From positions 107,052,397 to 107,116,396 of the forward strand of contig CM097887.1 in the NCBI GenBank assembly GCA_044892525.1: a DNA stretch of 64,000 nt. The letters run 5' to 3'. The first letter of the stretch is position 1, and every line of letters starts with the position of its first letter. Below are positions 35,452-49,858 of the stretch, in pieces. The stretch is from Schmidtea polychroa. Taxonomy: Eukaryota. Below the pieces are notes generated by a model. The model did no database searches, was not told the DNA's origin, and saw nothing but the letters and a program-made list of their open reading frames with translations. Made by a program: the position numbers and the translations under genes.

Positions 35452-38350
35452 GAAAGGCTAGATTAGTGAGTATTCCTGGTTGTAAAGGAATAAAGGCTTT
35501 GGATTGGTTTAGTATCAGAAAGGTAGCGAGTGTAAACCAGCCCCGCATAAATAAATTAATTAATAATTGTAGAGTTCAAAATACGTTAAACGGGACAACG
35601 AGAGATAAAACCTCAACTTGGTTATTCTTAATCATGATAGGGGGAGTAATTTGCATGATTTTAATTTTGATATTAACCACCCTATGGATGCTTAGATTAA
35701 ATATGCGGGATATTCGTTATTGGGAAATTATTTACGAAACCGAGGTATAGGGGGAAAGTCTCACCATATACTAGGAAGTGTAAATATATATTTTATCTAT
35801 TTTATATGTTATTTATATTAGTATGTAAACTAATGTGGGCTCAAATGAGCATCGGTAAAATCAGACATCAGCGTATGTCGACTTTGGTTACCCTGCGAGG
35901 GTCTATCACGAAAGTGATAAAAGCTGTTAATTATTTTATTTTTAGAAAAATGAATTATAACAGAGAACCAAAACCACCAGTCAAAGCAAATCGACGACAC
36001 CCATTGGCAACGTACAATTCCCAGACTCGAGTTGAAACTGAAGTATATAGTACATACAAAGAAGAGTACGTATACAGGTTCATCGGAACTACGGTCGCAG
36101 CAAAAATGAATCACCTCACCTCAAACTATTGGTATTATCCCAGGAGAGTGGATATTCCAAACGATTTCAAATTCGCAGGAGGGCCTCGAAAGCAAATGAT
36201 GATAACGGTTATAAATAACCAAGGTAGATTAAAATTGGCGGAACTATGTAGAGATTATGGTTCATGTCCGAAATTGGAAAACATTTGGATCCATGCGATC
36301 AATAGGCCATTCACTGTGTTTATGGCGGGATTAGAGTTACCTGTTGAATTAGAAAAACAGTGTACCCTGGAGATATACCACGCTGATGGACGAGAACGGA
36401 ATATTATGATCCAGGCAGCAGCAGTTGATACCATAATCGCAGTAGAAATCTTGGATTTCAGGAAGCCATACTCTATAGTTAGCAAAAACGAGCCAACTTG
36501 GATTTACAATGTAAATAAAGTTGATATACAGCAGTGTAAATCATTTGTGAGGAAGAAGTTAACCAAAGCCGAGGAGGACGAGGCTACAATTTTCATATCG
36601 GCAGGTTTTGCCAAATCCCGAATCGAACTGAAGGAGACAATTATCCAAATCGCAATTATGGATATGAGGGGAAATAATTTATTGAGTGCGGTAGTGACTC
36701 CCAGAGACCCTGTAAAACACTACCAAACGCACCAATACAAGTTAAAGGAACCTGATATTAGAGGAAACCTCGACGAAGATGATTGTTATCCTCTGATAAG
36801 ATCTGCGATAAGAAAATACTTGTAGGTATTTTGCTTAAAGATCTGATCTCGGTAGCCAATCTACCAGTGCAGCGGATACTGAGTATTCGTGACCTTTCTG
36901 CAAATAAACTATTGGAAACCAGAGGAGTCCCAATGATTCATGGTCATTACAGATTGGGATTCCCGACGAAAACTTTCCTGCGTACGGTTCCCGGAGAACC
37001 AAGGAATTTAGTGGTCACCAATGAGGCACTGGCGATACGTGCGGTTTATTTACATCTCAGAAACGAATGGTTAGACCATATCACGAAACCCCAGGAGGAA
37101 TTCATTTCCGTAACTACAGCAGCGATAGTTGAGCAGGAAATGACGCAAAAGAAGAGATTACCCGAGCAACCATCTACATCAGGGCAACCCAAGCCTAAGA
37201 GAAAATCACCTGTGGACTTACCACCGCCTCCAGCTATATCTATTGGAGAAGAAGATGAATATGAAACATGCGTTAGCGAAACGGAGACAGCAAAATCACC
37301 CAAACAATCATCGGGAGCTGCCTATCAGCCAAAGGATAAATCGGAAAATGCGGTCAGAAAAGAAAATCCAGAAGGAGGCAAGGTGAAAAAGATGTTAAAG
37401 AAAATATTACCCATAAAAAGACAATTTTTTCAAATTTGTCAGACTTCCCGCCAACGGAAATTCTTCAACGATGTCTTATTTTAAAGCTCATTGCAATACC
37501 TTTCGAATGTGGTATAGAAATCCATATTATCAATATTATTGGTAAAGATATTATTTTTTCAAAATATTATTTTTTCAAGGTCATTTATATTTTCAAGGTC
37601 ATTTATATTTTCAAGGTCATTTATATTTTCAAGGTCATTCATATTTTCAAGGTCATATTTTAAAATTTAAATTTTTAGAGTTCCCACCAATGGAATTTAT
37701 TGGCCGATGGCTAATTTTGAAGCCCACTGCAATACCTTTCGAATGACGTATAGATATTCATATTATCATTATTATTAATAAAGATATTATTTTTTCAAAA
37801 TATTATTTTTCAAGGTCGTTTATTTTTTCAAGGTTCAAAATCTGTTCAAAGCTACTGTTTTAGTCAATACGAACCAGATGAAATAATCGGTTCCATCGCC
37901 AAAAGTGATGCTCATCCTATTTGAATATATGCCTGAAAGATTGAAAGATTCAAGTTGAAAGACCTGAAATTAGAAGACAATCACAAGAAAATATTATCCG
38001 GACAATTGATGTCCGGACTGCAATACTTGCATAATTTGAATATCGCCCACTGCAATATCAATCCAAAAGACATTTTCGATGATATGGCAGAATTAAGATT
38101 AAAGATTTCAAACTTTGGAGGACGAATAATAAAATTGCGCTTATCGTCATATTAGAAAATGACCAGCGAGTCGAGAGATTAGTGCTCAACCATGCTTATC
38201 TAAGTAGAAGATGGACAATCAAACCAGATACCGTGACAAAGGCGAACATTTCGTATTTGGAATTTACGGAGAGAACCGGTTGGTATACAATATATCAAGA
38301 AATAGTAAATCTAATACCTCCCACAAAAGGAGAACTAACTGGCAAAGAAG
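35452..38350 (+). repeat. Array unit 13 (2899 bp)
   Basis: One extra 18-bp minisatellite copy at ~37575-37655. Confidence 0.95.
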
Positions 38351-41231
38351 GAAAGGCTAGATTAGTGAGTATTCCTGGTTGTAAAGGAATAAAGGCTTTG
38401 GATTGGTTTAGTATCAGAAAGGTAGCGAGTGTAAACCAGCCCCGCATAAATAAATTAATTAATAATTGTAGAGTTCAAAATACGTTAAACGGGACAACGA
38501 GAGATAAAACCTCAACTTGGTTATTCTTAATCATGATAGGGGGAGTAATTTGCATGATTTTAATTTTGATATTAACCACCCTATGGATGCTTAGATTAAA
38601 TATGCGGGATATTCGTTATTGGGAAATTATTTACGAAACCGAGGTATAGGGGGAAAGTCTCACCATATACTAGGAAGTGTAAATATATATTTTATCTATT
38701 TTATATGTTATTTATATTAGTATGTAAACTAATGTGGGCTCAAATGAGCATCGGTAAAATCAGACATCAGCGTATGTCGACTTTGGTTACCCTGCGAGGG
38801 TCTATCACGAAAGTGATAAAAGCTGTTAATTATTTTATTTTTAGAAAAATGAATTATAACAGAGAACCAAAACCACCAGTCAAAGCAAATCGACGACACC
38901 CATTGGCAACGTACAATTCCCAGACTCGAGTTGAAACTGAAGTATATAGTACATACAAAGAAGAGTACGTATACAGGTTCATCGGAACTACGGTCGCAGC
39001 AAAAATGAATCACCTCACCTCAAACTATTGGTATTATCCCAGGAGAGTGGATATTCCAAACGATTTCAAATTCGCAGGAGGGCCTCGAAAGCAAATGATG
39101 ATAACGGTTATAAATAACCAAGGTAGATTAAAATTGGCGGAACTATGTAGAGATTATGGTTCATGTCCGAAATTGGAAAACATTTGGATCCATGCGATCA
39201 ATAGGCCATTCACTGTGTTTATGGCGGGATTAGAGTTACCTGTTGAATTAGAAAAACAGTGTACCCTGGAGATATACCACGCTGATGGACGAGAACGGAA
39301 TATTATGATCCAGGCAGCAGCAGTTGATACCATAATCGCAGTAGAAATCTTGGATTTCAGGAAGCCATACTCTATAGTTAGCAAAAACGAGCCAACTTGG
39401 ATTTACAATGTAAATAAAGTTGATATACAGCAGTGTAAATCATTTGTGAGGAAGAAGTTAACCAAAGCCGAGGAGGACGAGGCTACAATTTTCATATCGG
39501 CAGGTTTTGCCAAATCCCGAATCGAACTGAAGGAGACAATTATCCAAATCGCAATTATGGATATGAGGGGAAATAATTTATTGAGTGCGGTAGTGACTCC
39601 CAGAGACCCTGTAAAACACTACCAAACGCACCAATACAAGTTAAAGGAACCTGATATTAGAGGAAACCTCGACGAAGATGATTGTTATCCTCTGATAAGA
39701 TCTGCGATAAGAAAATACTTGTAGGTATTTTGCTTAAAGATCTGATCTCGGTAGCCAATCTACCAGTGCAGCGGATACTGAGTATTCGTGACCTTTCTGC
39801 AAATAAACTATTGGAAACCAGAGGAGTCCCAATGATTCATGGTCATTACAGATTGGGATTCCCGACGAAAACTTTCCTGCGTACGGTTCCCGGAGAACCA
39901 AGGAATTTAGTGGTCACCAATGAGGCACTGGCGATACGTGCGGTTTATTTACATCTCAGAAACGAATGGTTAGACCATATCACGAAACCCCAGGAGGAAT
40001 TCATTTCCGTAACTACAGCAGCGATAGTTGAGCAGGAAATGACGCAAAAGAAGAGATTACCCGAGCAACCATCTACATCAGGGCAACCCAAGCCTAAGAG
40101 AAAATCACCTGTGGACTTACCACCGCCTCCAGCTATATCTATTGGAGAAGAAGATGAATATGAAACATGCGTTAGCGAAACGGAGACAGCAAAATCACCC
40201 AAACAATCATCGGGAGCTGCCTATCAGCCAAAGGATAAATCGGAAAATGCGGTCAGAAAAGAAAATCCAGAAGGAGGCAAGGTGAAAAAGATGTTAAAGA
40301 AAATATTACCCATAAAAAGACAATTTTTTCAAATTTGTCAGACTTCCCGCCAACGGAAATTCTTCAACGATGTCTTATTTTAAAGCTCATTGCAATACCT
40401 TTCGAATGTGGTATAGAAATCCATATTATCAATATTATTGGTAAAGATATTATTTTTTCAAAATATTATTTTTTCAAGGTCATTTATATTTTCAAGGTCA
40501 TTTATATTTTCAAGGTCATTCATATTTTCAAGGTCATATTTTAAAATTTAAATTTTTAGAGTTCCCACCAATGGAATTTATTGGCCGATGGCTAATTTTG
40601 AAGCCCACTGCAATACCTTTCGAATGACGTATAGATATTCATATTATCATTATTATTAATAAAGATATTATTTTTTCAAAATATTATTTTTCAAGGTCGT
40701 TTATTTTTTCAAGGTTCAAAATCTGTTCAAAGCTACTGTTTTAGTCAATACGAACCAGATGAAATAATCGGTTCCATCGCCAAAAGTGATGCTCATCCTA
40801 TTTGAATATATGCCTGAAAGATTGAAAGATTCAAGTTGAAAGACCTGAAATTAGAAGACAATCACAAGAAAATATTATCCGGACAATTGATGTCCGGACT
40901 GCAATACTTGCATAATTTGAATATCGCCCACTGCAATATCAATCCAAAAGACATTTTCGATGATATGGCAGAATTAAGATTAAAGATTTCAAACTTTGGA
41001 GGACGAATAATAAAATTGCGCTTATCGTCATATTAGAAAATGACCAGCGAGTCGAGAGATTAGTGCTCAACCATGCTTATCTAAGTAGAAGATGGACAAT
41101 CAAACCAGATACCGTGACAAAGGCGAACATTTCGTATTTGGAATTTACGGAGAGAACCGGTTGGTATACAATATATCAAGAAATAGTAAATCTAATACCT
41201 CCCACAAAAGGAGAACTAACTGGCAAAGAAG
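38351..41231 (+). repeat. Array unit 14 (2881 bp)
   Basis: ORFs equal the consensus. Confidence 0.95.
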
Positions 41232-44112
41232 GAAAGGCTAGATTAGTGAGTATTCCTGGTTGTAAAGGAATAAAGGCTTTGGATTGGTTTAGTATCAGAA
41301 AGGTAGCGAGTGTAAACCAGCCCCGCATAAATAAATTAATTAATAATTGTAGAGTTCAAAATACGTTAAACGGGACAACGAGAGATAAAACCTCAACTTG
41401 GTTATTCTTAATCATGATAGGGGGAGTAATTTGCATGATTTTAATTTTGATATTAACCACCCTATGGATGCTTAGATTAAATATGCGGGATATTCGTTAT
41501 TGGGAAATTATTTACGAAACCGAGGTATAGGGGGAAAGTCTCACCATATACTAGGAAGTGTAAATATATATTTTATCTATTTTATATGTTATTTATATTA
41601 GTATGTAAACTAATGTGGGCTCAAATGAGCATCGGTAAAATCAGACATCAGCGTATGTCGACTTTGGTTACCCTGCGAGGGTCTATCACGAAAGTGATAA
41701 AAGCTGTTAATTATTTTATTTTTAGAAAAATGAATTATAACAGAGAACCAAAACCACCAGTCAAAGCAAATCGACGACACCCATTGGCAACGTACAATTC
41801 CCAGACTCGAGTTGAAACTGAAGTATATAGTACATACAAAGAAGAGTACGTATACAGGTTCATCGGAACTACGGTCGCAGCAAAAATGAATCACCTCACC
41901 TCAAACTATTGGTATTATCCCAGGAGAGTGGATATTCCAAACGATTTCAAATTCGCAGGAGGGCCTCGAAAGCAAATGATGATAACGGTTATAAATAACC
42001 AAGGTAGATTAAAATTGGCGGAACTATGTAGAGATTATGGTTCATGTCCGAAATTGGAAAACATTTGGATCCATGCGATCAATAGGCCATTCACTGTGTT
42101 TATGGCGGGATTAGAGTTACCTGTTGAATTAGAAAAACAGTGTACCCTGGAGATATACCACGCTGATGGACGAGAACGGAATATTATGATCCAGGCAGCA
42201 GCAGTTGATACCATAATCGCAGTAGAAATCTTGGATTTCAGGAAGCCATACTCTATATTTAGCAAAAACGAGCCAACTTGGATTTACAATGTAAATAAAG
42301 TTGATATACAGCAGTGTAAATCATTTGTGAGGAAGAAGTTAACCAAAGCCGAGGAGGACGAGGCTACAATTTTCATATCGGCAGGTTTTGCCAAATCCCG
42401 AATCGAACTGAAGGAGACAATTATCCAAATCGCAATTATGGATATGAGGGGAAATAATTTATTGAGTGCGGTAGTGACTCCCAGAGACCCTGTAAAACAC
42501 TACCAAACGCACCAATACAAGTTAAAGGAACCTGATATTAGAGGAAACCTCGACGAAGATGATTGTTATCCTCTGATAAGATCTGCGATAAGAAAATACT
42601 TGTAGGTATTTTGCTTAAAGATCTGATCTCGGTAGCCAATCTACCAGTGCAGCGGATACTGAGTATTCGTGACCTTTCTGCAAATAAACTATTGGAAACC
42701 AGAGGAGTCCCAATGATTCATGGTCATTACAGATTGGGATTCCCGACGAAAACTTTCCTGCGTACGGTTCCCGGAGAACCAAGGAATTTAGTGGTCACCA
42801 ATGAGGCACTGGCGATACGTGCGGTTTATTTACATCTCAGAAACGAATGGTTAGACCATATCACGAAACCCCAGGAGGAATTCATTTCCGTAACTACAGC
42901 AGCGATAGTTGAGCAGGAAATGACGCAAAAGAAGAGATTACCCGAGCAACCATCTACATCAGGGCAACCCAAGCCTAAGAGAAAATCACCTGTGGACTTA
43001 CCACCGCCTCCAGCTATATCTATTGGAGAAGAAGATGAATATGAAACATGCGTTAGCGAAACGGAGACAGCAAAATCACCCAAACAATCATCGGGAGCTG
43101 CCTATCAGCCAAAGGATAAATCGGAAAATGCGGTCAGAAAAGAAAATCCAGAAGGAGGCAAGGTGAAAAAGATGTTAAAGAAAATATTACCCATAAAAAG
43201 ACAATTTTTTCAAATTTGTCAGACTTCCCGCCAACGGAAATTCTTCAACGATGTCTTATTTTAAAGCTCATTGCAATACCTTTCGAATGTGGTATAGAAA
43301 TCCATATTATCAATATTATTGGTAAAGATATTATTTTTTCAAAATATTATTTTTTCAAGGTCATTTATATTTTCAAGGTCATTTATATTTTCAAGGTCAT
43401 TCATATTTTCAAGGTCATATTTTAAAATTTAAATTTTTAGAGTTCCCACCAATGGAATTTATTGGCCGATGGCTAATTTTGAAGCCCACTGCAATACCTT
43501 TCGAATGACGTATAGATATTCATATTATCATTATTATTAATAAAGATATTATTTTTTCAAAATATTATTTTTCAAGGTCGTTTATTTTTTCAAGGTTCAA
43601 AATCTGTTCAAAGCTACTGTTTTAGTCAATACGAACCAGATGAAATAATTGGTTCCATCGACAAAAGTGATGCTCATCCTATTTGAATATATGCCTGAAA
43701 GATTGAAAGATTCAAGTTGAAAGACCTGAAATTAGAAGACAATCACAAGAAAATATTATCCGGACAATTGATGTCCGGACTGCAATACTTGCATAATTTG
43801 AATATCGCCCACTGCAATATCAATCCAAAAGACATTTTCGATGATATGGCAGAATTAAGATTAAAGATTTCAAACTTTGGAGGACGAATAATAAAATTGC
43901 GCTTATCGTCATATTAGAAAATGACCAGCGAGTCGAGAGATTAGTGCTCAACCATGCTTATCTAAGTAGAAGATGGACAATCAAACCAGATACCGTGACA
44001 AAGGCGAACATTTCGTATTTGGAATTTACGGAGAGAACCGGTTGGTATACAATATATCAAGAAATAGTAAATCTAATACCTCCCACAAAAGGAGAACTAA
44101 CTGGCAAAGAAG
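41232..44112 (+). repeat. Array unit 15 (2881 bp)
   Basis: G>T at 42258 (ORF B V>F). Substitutions at 43650 and 43661. Confidence 0.95.
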
Positions 44113-46992
44113 GAAAGGCTAGATTAGTGAGTATTCCTGGTTGTAAAGGAATAAAGGCTTTGGATTGGTTTAGTATCAGAAAGGTAGCGAGTGTAAACCA
44201 GCCCCGCATAAATAAATTAATTAATAATTGTAGAGTTCAAAATACGTTAAACGGGACAACGAGAGATAAAACCTCAACTTGGTTATTCTTAATCATGATA
44301 GGGGGAGTAATTTGCATGATTTTGATTTTGATATTAACCACCCTATGGATGCTTAGATTAAATATGCGGGATATTCGTTATTGGGAAATTATTTACGAAA
44401 CCGAGGTATAGGGGGAAAGTCTCACCATATACTAGGAAGTGTAAATATATATTTTATCTATTTTATATGTTATTTATATTAGTATGTAAACTAATGTGGG
44501 CTCAAATGAGCATCGGTAAAATCAGACATCAGCGTATGTCGACTTTGGTTACCCTGCGAGGGTCTATCACGAAAGTGATAAAAGCTGTTAATTATTTTAT
44601 TTTTAGAAAAATGAATTATAACAGAGAACCAAAACCACCAGTCAAAGCAAATCGACGACACCCATTGGCAACGTACAATTCCCAGACTCGAGTTGAAACT
44701 GAAGTATATAGTACATACAAAGAAGAGTACGTATACAGGTTCATCGGAACTACGGTCGCAGCAAAAATGAATCACCTCACCTCAAACTATTGGTATTATC
44801 CCAGGAGAGTGGATATTCCAAATGATTTCAAATTCGCAGGAGGGCCTCGAAAGCAAATGATGATAACGGTTATAAATAACCAAGGTAGATTAAAATTGGC
44901 GGAACTATGTAGAGATTATGGTTCATGTCCGAAATTGGAAAACATTTGGATCCATGCGATCAATAGGCCATTCACTGTGTTTATGGCGGGATTAGAGTTA
45001 CCTGTTGAATTAGAAAAACAGTGTACCCTGGAGATATACCACGCTGATGGACGAGAACGGAATATTATGATCCAGGCAGCAGCAGTTGATACCATAATCG
45101 CAGTAGAAATCTTGGATTTCAGGAAGCCATACTCTATAGTTAGCAAAAACGAGCCAACTTGGATTTACAATGTAAATAAAGTTGATATACAGCAGTGTAA
45201 ATCATTTGTGAGGAAGAAGTTAACCAAAGCCGAGGAGGACGAGGCTACAATTTTCATATCGGCAGGTTTTGCCAAATCCCGAATCGAACTGAAGGAGACA
45301 ATTATCCAAATCGCAATTATGGATATGAGGGGAAATAATTTATTGAGTGCGGTAGTGACTCCCAGAGACCCTGTAAAACACTACCAAACGCACCAATACA
45401 AGTTAAAGGAACCTGATATTAGAGGAAACCTCGACGAAGATGATTGTTATCCTCTGATAAGATCTGCGATAAGAAAATACTTGTAGGTATTTTGCTTAAA
45501 GATCTGATCTCGGTAGCCAATCTACCAGTGCAGCGGATACTGAGTATTCGTGACCTTTCTGCAAATAAACTATTGGAAACCAGAGGAGTCCCAATGATTC
45601 ATGGTCATTACAGATTGGGATTCCCGACGAAAACTTTCCTGCGTACGGTTCCCGGAGAACCAAGGAATTTAGTGGTCACCAATGAGGCACTGGCGATACG
45701 TGCGGTTTATTTACATCTCAGAAACGAATGGTTAGACCATATCACGAAACCCCAGGAGGAATTCATTTCCGTAACTACAGCAGCGATAGTTGAGCAGGAA
45801 ATGACGCAAAAGAGGAGATTACCCGAGCAACCATCTACATCAGGGCAACCCAAGCCTAAGAGAAAATCACCTGTGGACTTACCACCGCCTCCAGCTATAT
45901 CTATTGGAGAAGAAGATGAATATGAAACATGCGTTAGCGAAACGGAGACAGCAAAATCACCCAAACAATCATCGGGAGCTGCCTATCAGCCAAAGGATAA
46001 ATCGGAAAATGCGGTCAGAAAAGAAAATCCAGAAGGAGGCAAGGTGAAAAAGATGTTAAAGAAAATATTACCCATAAAAAGACAATTTTTCAAATTTGTC
46101 AGACTTCCAGCCAACGGAAATTCTTCAACGATGTCTTATTTTAAAGCTCATTGCAATACCTTTCGAATGTGGTATAGAAATCCATATTATCAATATTATT
46201 GGTAAAGATATTATTTTTTCAAAATATTATTTTTTCAAGGTCATTTATATTTTCAAGGTCATTTATATTTTCAAGGTCATTCATATTTTCAAGGTCATAT
46301 TTTAAAATTTAAATTTTTAGAGTTCCCACCAATGGAATTTATTGGCCGATGGCTAATTTTGAAGCCCACTGCAATACCTTTCGAATGACGTATAGATATT
46401 CATATTATCATTATTATTAATAAAGATATTATTTTTTCAAAATATTATTTTTCAAGGTCGTTTATTTTTTCAAGGTTCAAAATCTGTTCAAAGCTACTGT
46501 TTTAGTCAATACGAACCAGATGAAATAATCGGTTCCATCGCCAAAAGTGATGCTCATCCTATTTGAATATATGCCTGAAAGATTGAAAGATTCAAGTTGA
46601 AAGACCTGAAATTAGAAGACAATCACAAGAAAATATTATCCGGACAATTGATGTCCGGACTGCAATACTTGCATAATTTGAATATCGCCCACTGCAATAT
46701 CAATCCAAAAGACATTTTCGATGATATGGCAGAATTAAGATTAAAGATTTCAAACTTTGGAGGACGAATAATAAAATTGCGCTTATCGTCATATTAGAAA
46801 ATGACCAGCGAGTCGAGAGATTAGTGCTCAACCATGCTTATCTAAGTAGAAGATGGACAATCAAACCAGATACCGTGACAAAGGCGAACATTTCGTATTT
46901 GGAATTTACGGAGAGAACCGGTTGGTATACAATATATCAAGAAATAGTAAATCTAATACCTCCCACAAAAGGAGAACTAACTGGCAAAGAAG
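44113..46992 (+). repeat. Array unit 16 (2880 bp), first unit of the right-hand subfamily
   Basis: First KKR>KRR (45814). C>T at 44823. A 1-T deletion at ~46086-46090 extends ORF C to 253 aa. Confidence 0.95.
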
Positions 46993-49858
46993 GAAAGGCT
47001 AGATTAGTGAGTATTCCTGGTTGTAAAGGAATAAAGGCTTTGGATTGGTTTAGTATCAGAAAGGTAGCGAGTGTAAACCAGCCCCGCATAAATAAATTAA
47101 TTAATAATTGTAGAGTTCAAAATACGTTAAACGGGACAACGAGAGATAAAACCTCAACTTGGTTATTCTTAATCATGATAGGGGGAGTAATTTGCATGAT
47201 TTTAATTTTGATATTAACCACCCTATGGATGCTTAGATTAAATATGCGGGATATTCGTTATTGGGAAATTATTTACGAAACCGAGGTATAGGGGGAAAGT
47301 CTCACCATATACTAGGAAGTGTAAATATATATTTTATCTATTTTATATGTTATTTATATTAGTATGTAAACTAATGTGGGCTCAAATGAGCATCGGTAAA
47401 ATCAGACATCAGCGTATGTCGACTTTGGTTACCCTGCGAGGGTCTATCACGAAAGTGATAAAAGCTGTTAATTATTTTATTTTTAGAAAAATGAATTATA
47501 ACAGAGAACCAAAACCACCAGTCAAAGCAAATCGACGACACCCATTGGCAACGTACAATTCCCAGACTCGAGTTGAAACTGAAGTATATAGTACATACAA
47601 AGAAGAGTACGTATACAGGTTCATCGGAACTACGGTCGCAGCAAAAATGAATCACCTCACCTCAAACTATTGGTATTATCCCAGGAGAGTGGATATTCCA
47701 AATGATTTCAAATTCGCAGGAGGGCCTCGAAAGCAAATGATGATAACGGTTATAAATAACCAAGGTAGATTAAAATTGGCGGAACTATGTAGAGATTATG
47801 GTTCATGTCCGAAATTGGAAAACATTTGGATCCATGCGATCAATAGGCCATTCACTGTGTTTATGGCGGGATTAGAGTTACCTGTTGAATTAGAAAAACA
47901 GTGTACCCTGGAGATATACCACGCTGATGGACGAGAACGGAATATTATGATCCAGGCAGCAGCAGTTGATACCATAATCGCAGTAGAAATCTTGGATTTC
48001 AGGAAGCCATACTCTATAGTTAGCAAAAACGAGCCAACTTGGATTTACAATGTAAATAAAGTTGATATACAGCAGTGTAAATCATTTGTGAGGAAGAAGT
48101 TAACCAAAGCCGAGGAGGACGAGGCTACAATTTTCATATCGGCAGGTTTTGCCAAATCCCGAATCGAACTGAAGGAGACAATTATCCAAATCGCAATTAT
48201 GGATATGAGGGGAAATAATTTATTGAGTGCGGTAGTGACTCCCAGAGACCCTGTAAAACACTACCAAACGCACCAATACAAGTTAAAGGAACCTGATATT
48301 AGAGGAAACCTCGACGAAGATGATTGTTATCCTCTGATAAGATCTGCGATAAGAAAATACTTGTAGGTATTTTGCTTAAAGATCTGATCTCGGTAGCCAA
48401 TCTACCAGTGCAGCGGATACTGAGTATTCGTGACCTTTCTGCAAATAAACTATTGGAAACCAGAGGAGTCCCAATGATTCATGGTCATTACAGATTGGGA
48501 TTCCCGACGAAAACTTTCCTGCGTACGGTTCCCGGAGAACCAAGGAATTTAGTGGTCACCAATGAGGCACTGGCGATACGTGCGGTTTATTTACATCTCA
48601 GAAACGAATGGTTAGACCATATCACGAAACCCCAGGAGGAATTCATTTCCGTAACTACAGCAGCGATAGTTGAGCAGGAAATGACGCAAAAGAGGAGATT
48701 ACCCGAGCAACCATCTACATCAGGGCAACCCAAGCCTAAGAGAAAATCACCTGTGGACTTACCACCGCCTCCAGCTATATCTATTGGAGAAGAAGATGAA
48801 TATGAAACATGCGTTAGCGAAACGGAGACAGCAAAATCACCCAAACAATCATCGGGAGCTGCCTATCAGCCAAAGGATAAATCGGAAAATGCGGTCAGAA
48901 AAGAAAATCCAGAAGGAGGCAAGGTGAAAAAGATGTTAAAGAAAATATTACCCATAAAAAGACAATTTTTTCAAATTTGTCAGACTTCCAGCCAACGGAA
49001 ATTCTTCAACGATGTCTTATTTTAAAGCTCATTGCAATACCTTTCGAATGTGGTATAGAAATCCATATTATCAATATTATTGGTAAAGGTATTATTATTT
49101 TTTCAAAATATTATTTTTTCAAGGTCATTTATATTTTCAAGGTCAATCATATTTTCAAGGTCATATTTTAAAATTTAAATTTTTAGAGTTCCCACCAATG
49201 GAATTTATTGGCCGATGGCTAATTTTGAAGCCCACTGCAATACCTTTCGAATGACGTATAGATATTCATATTATCATTATTATTAATAAAGATATTATTT
49301 TTTCAAAATATTATTTTTCAAGGTCGTTTATTTTTTCAAGGTTCAAAATCTGTTCAAAGCTACTGTTTTAGTCAATACGAACCAGATGAAATAATCGGTT
49401 CCATCGCCAAAAGTGATGCTCATCCTATTTGAATATATGCCTGAAAGATTGAAAGATTCAAGTTGAAAGACCTGAAATTAGAAGACAATCACAAGAAAAT
49501 ATTATCCGGACAATTGATGTCCGGACTGCAATACTTGCATAATTTGAATATCGCCCACTGCAATATCAATCCAAAAGACATTTTCGATGATATGGCAGAA
49601 TTAAGATTAAAGATTTCAAACTTTGGAGGACGAATAATAAAATTGCGCTTATCGTCATATTAGAAAATGACCAGCGAGTCGAGAGATTAGTGCTCAACCA
49701 TGCTTATCTAAGTAGAAGATGGACAATCAAACCAGATACCGTGACAAAGGCGAACATTTCGTATTTGGAATTTACGGAGAGAACCGGTTGGTATACAATA
49801 TATCAAGAAATAGTAAATCTAATACCTCCCACAAAAGGAGAACTAACTGGCAAAGAAG
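46993..49858 (+). repeat. Array unit 17 (2866 bp)
   Basis: KRR and SSQ variants, +3 ATT, minus one 18-bp minisatellite copy. Confidence 0.95.
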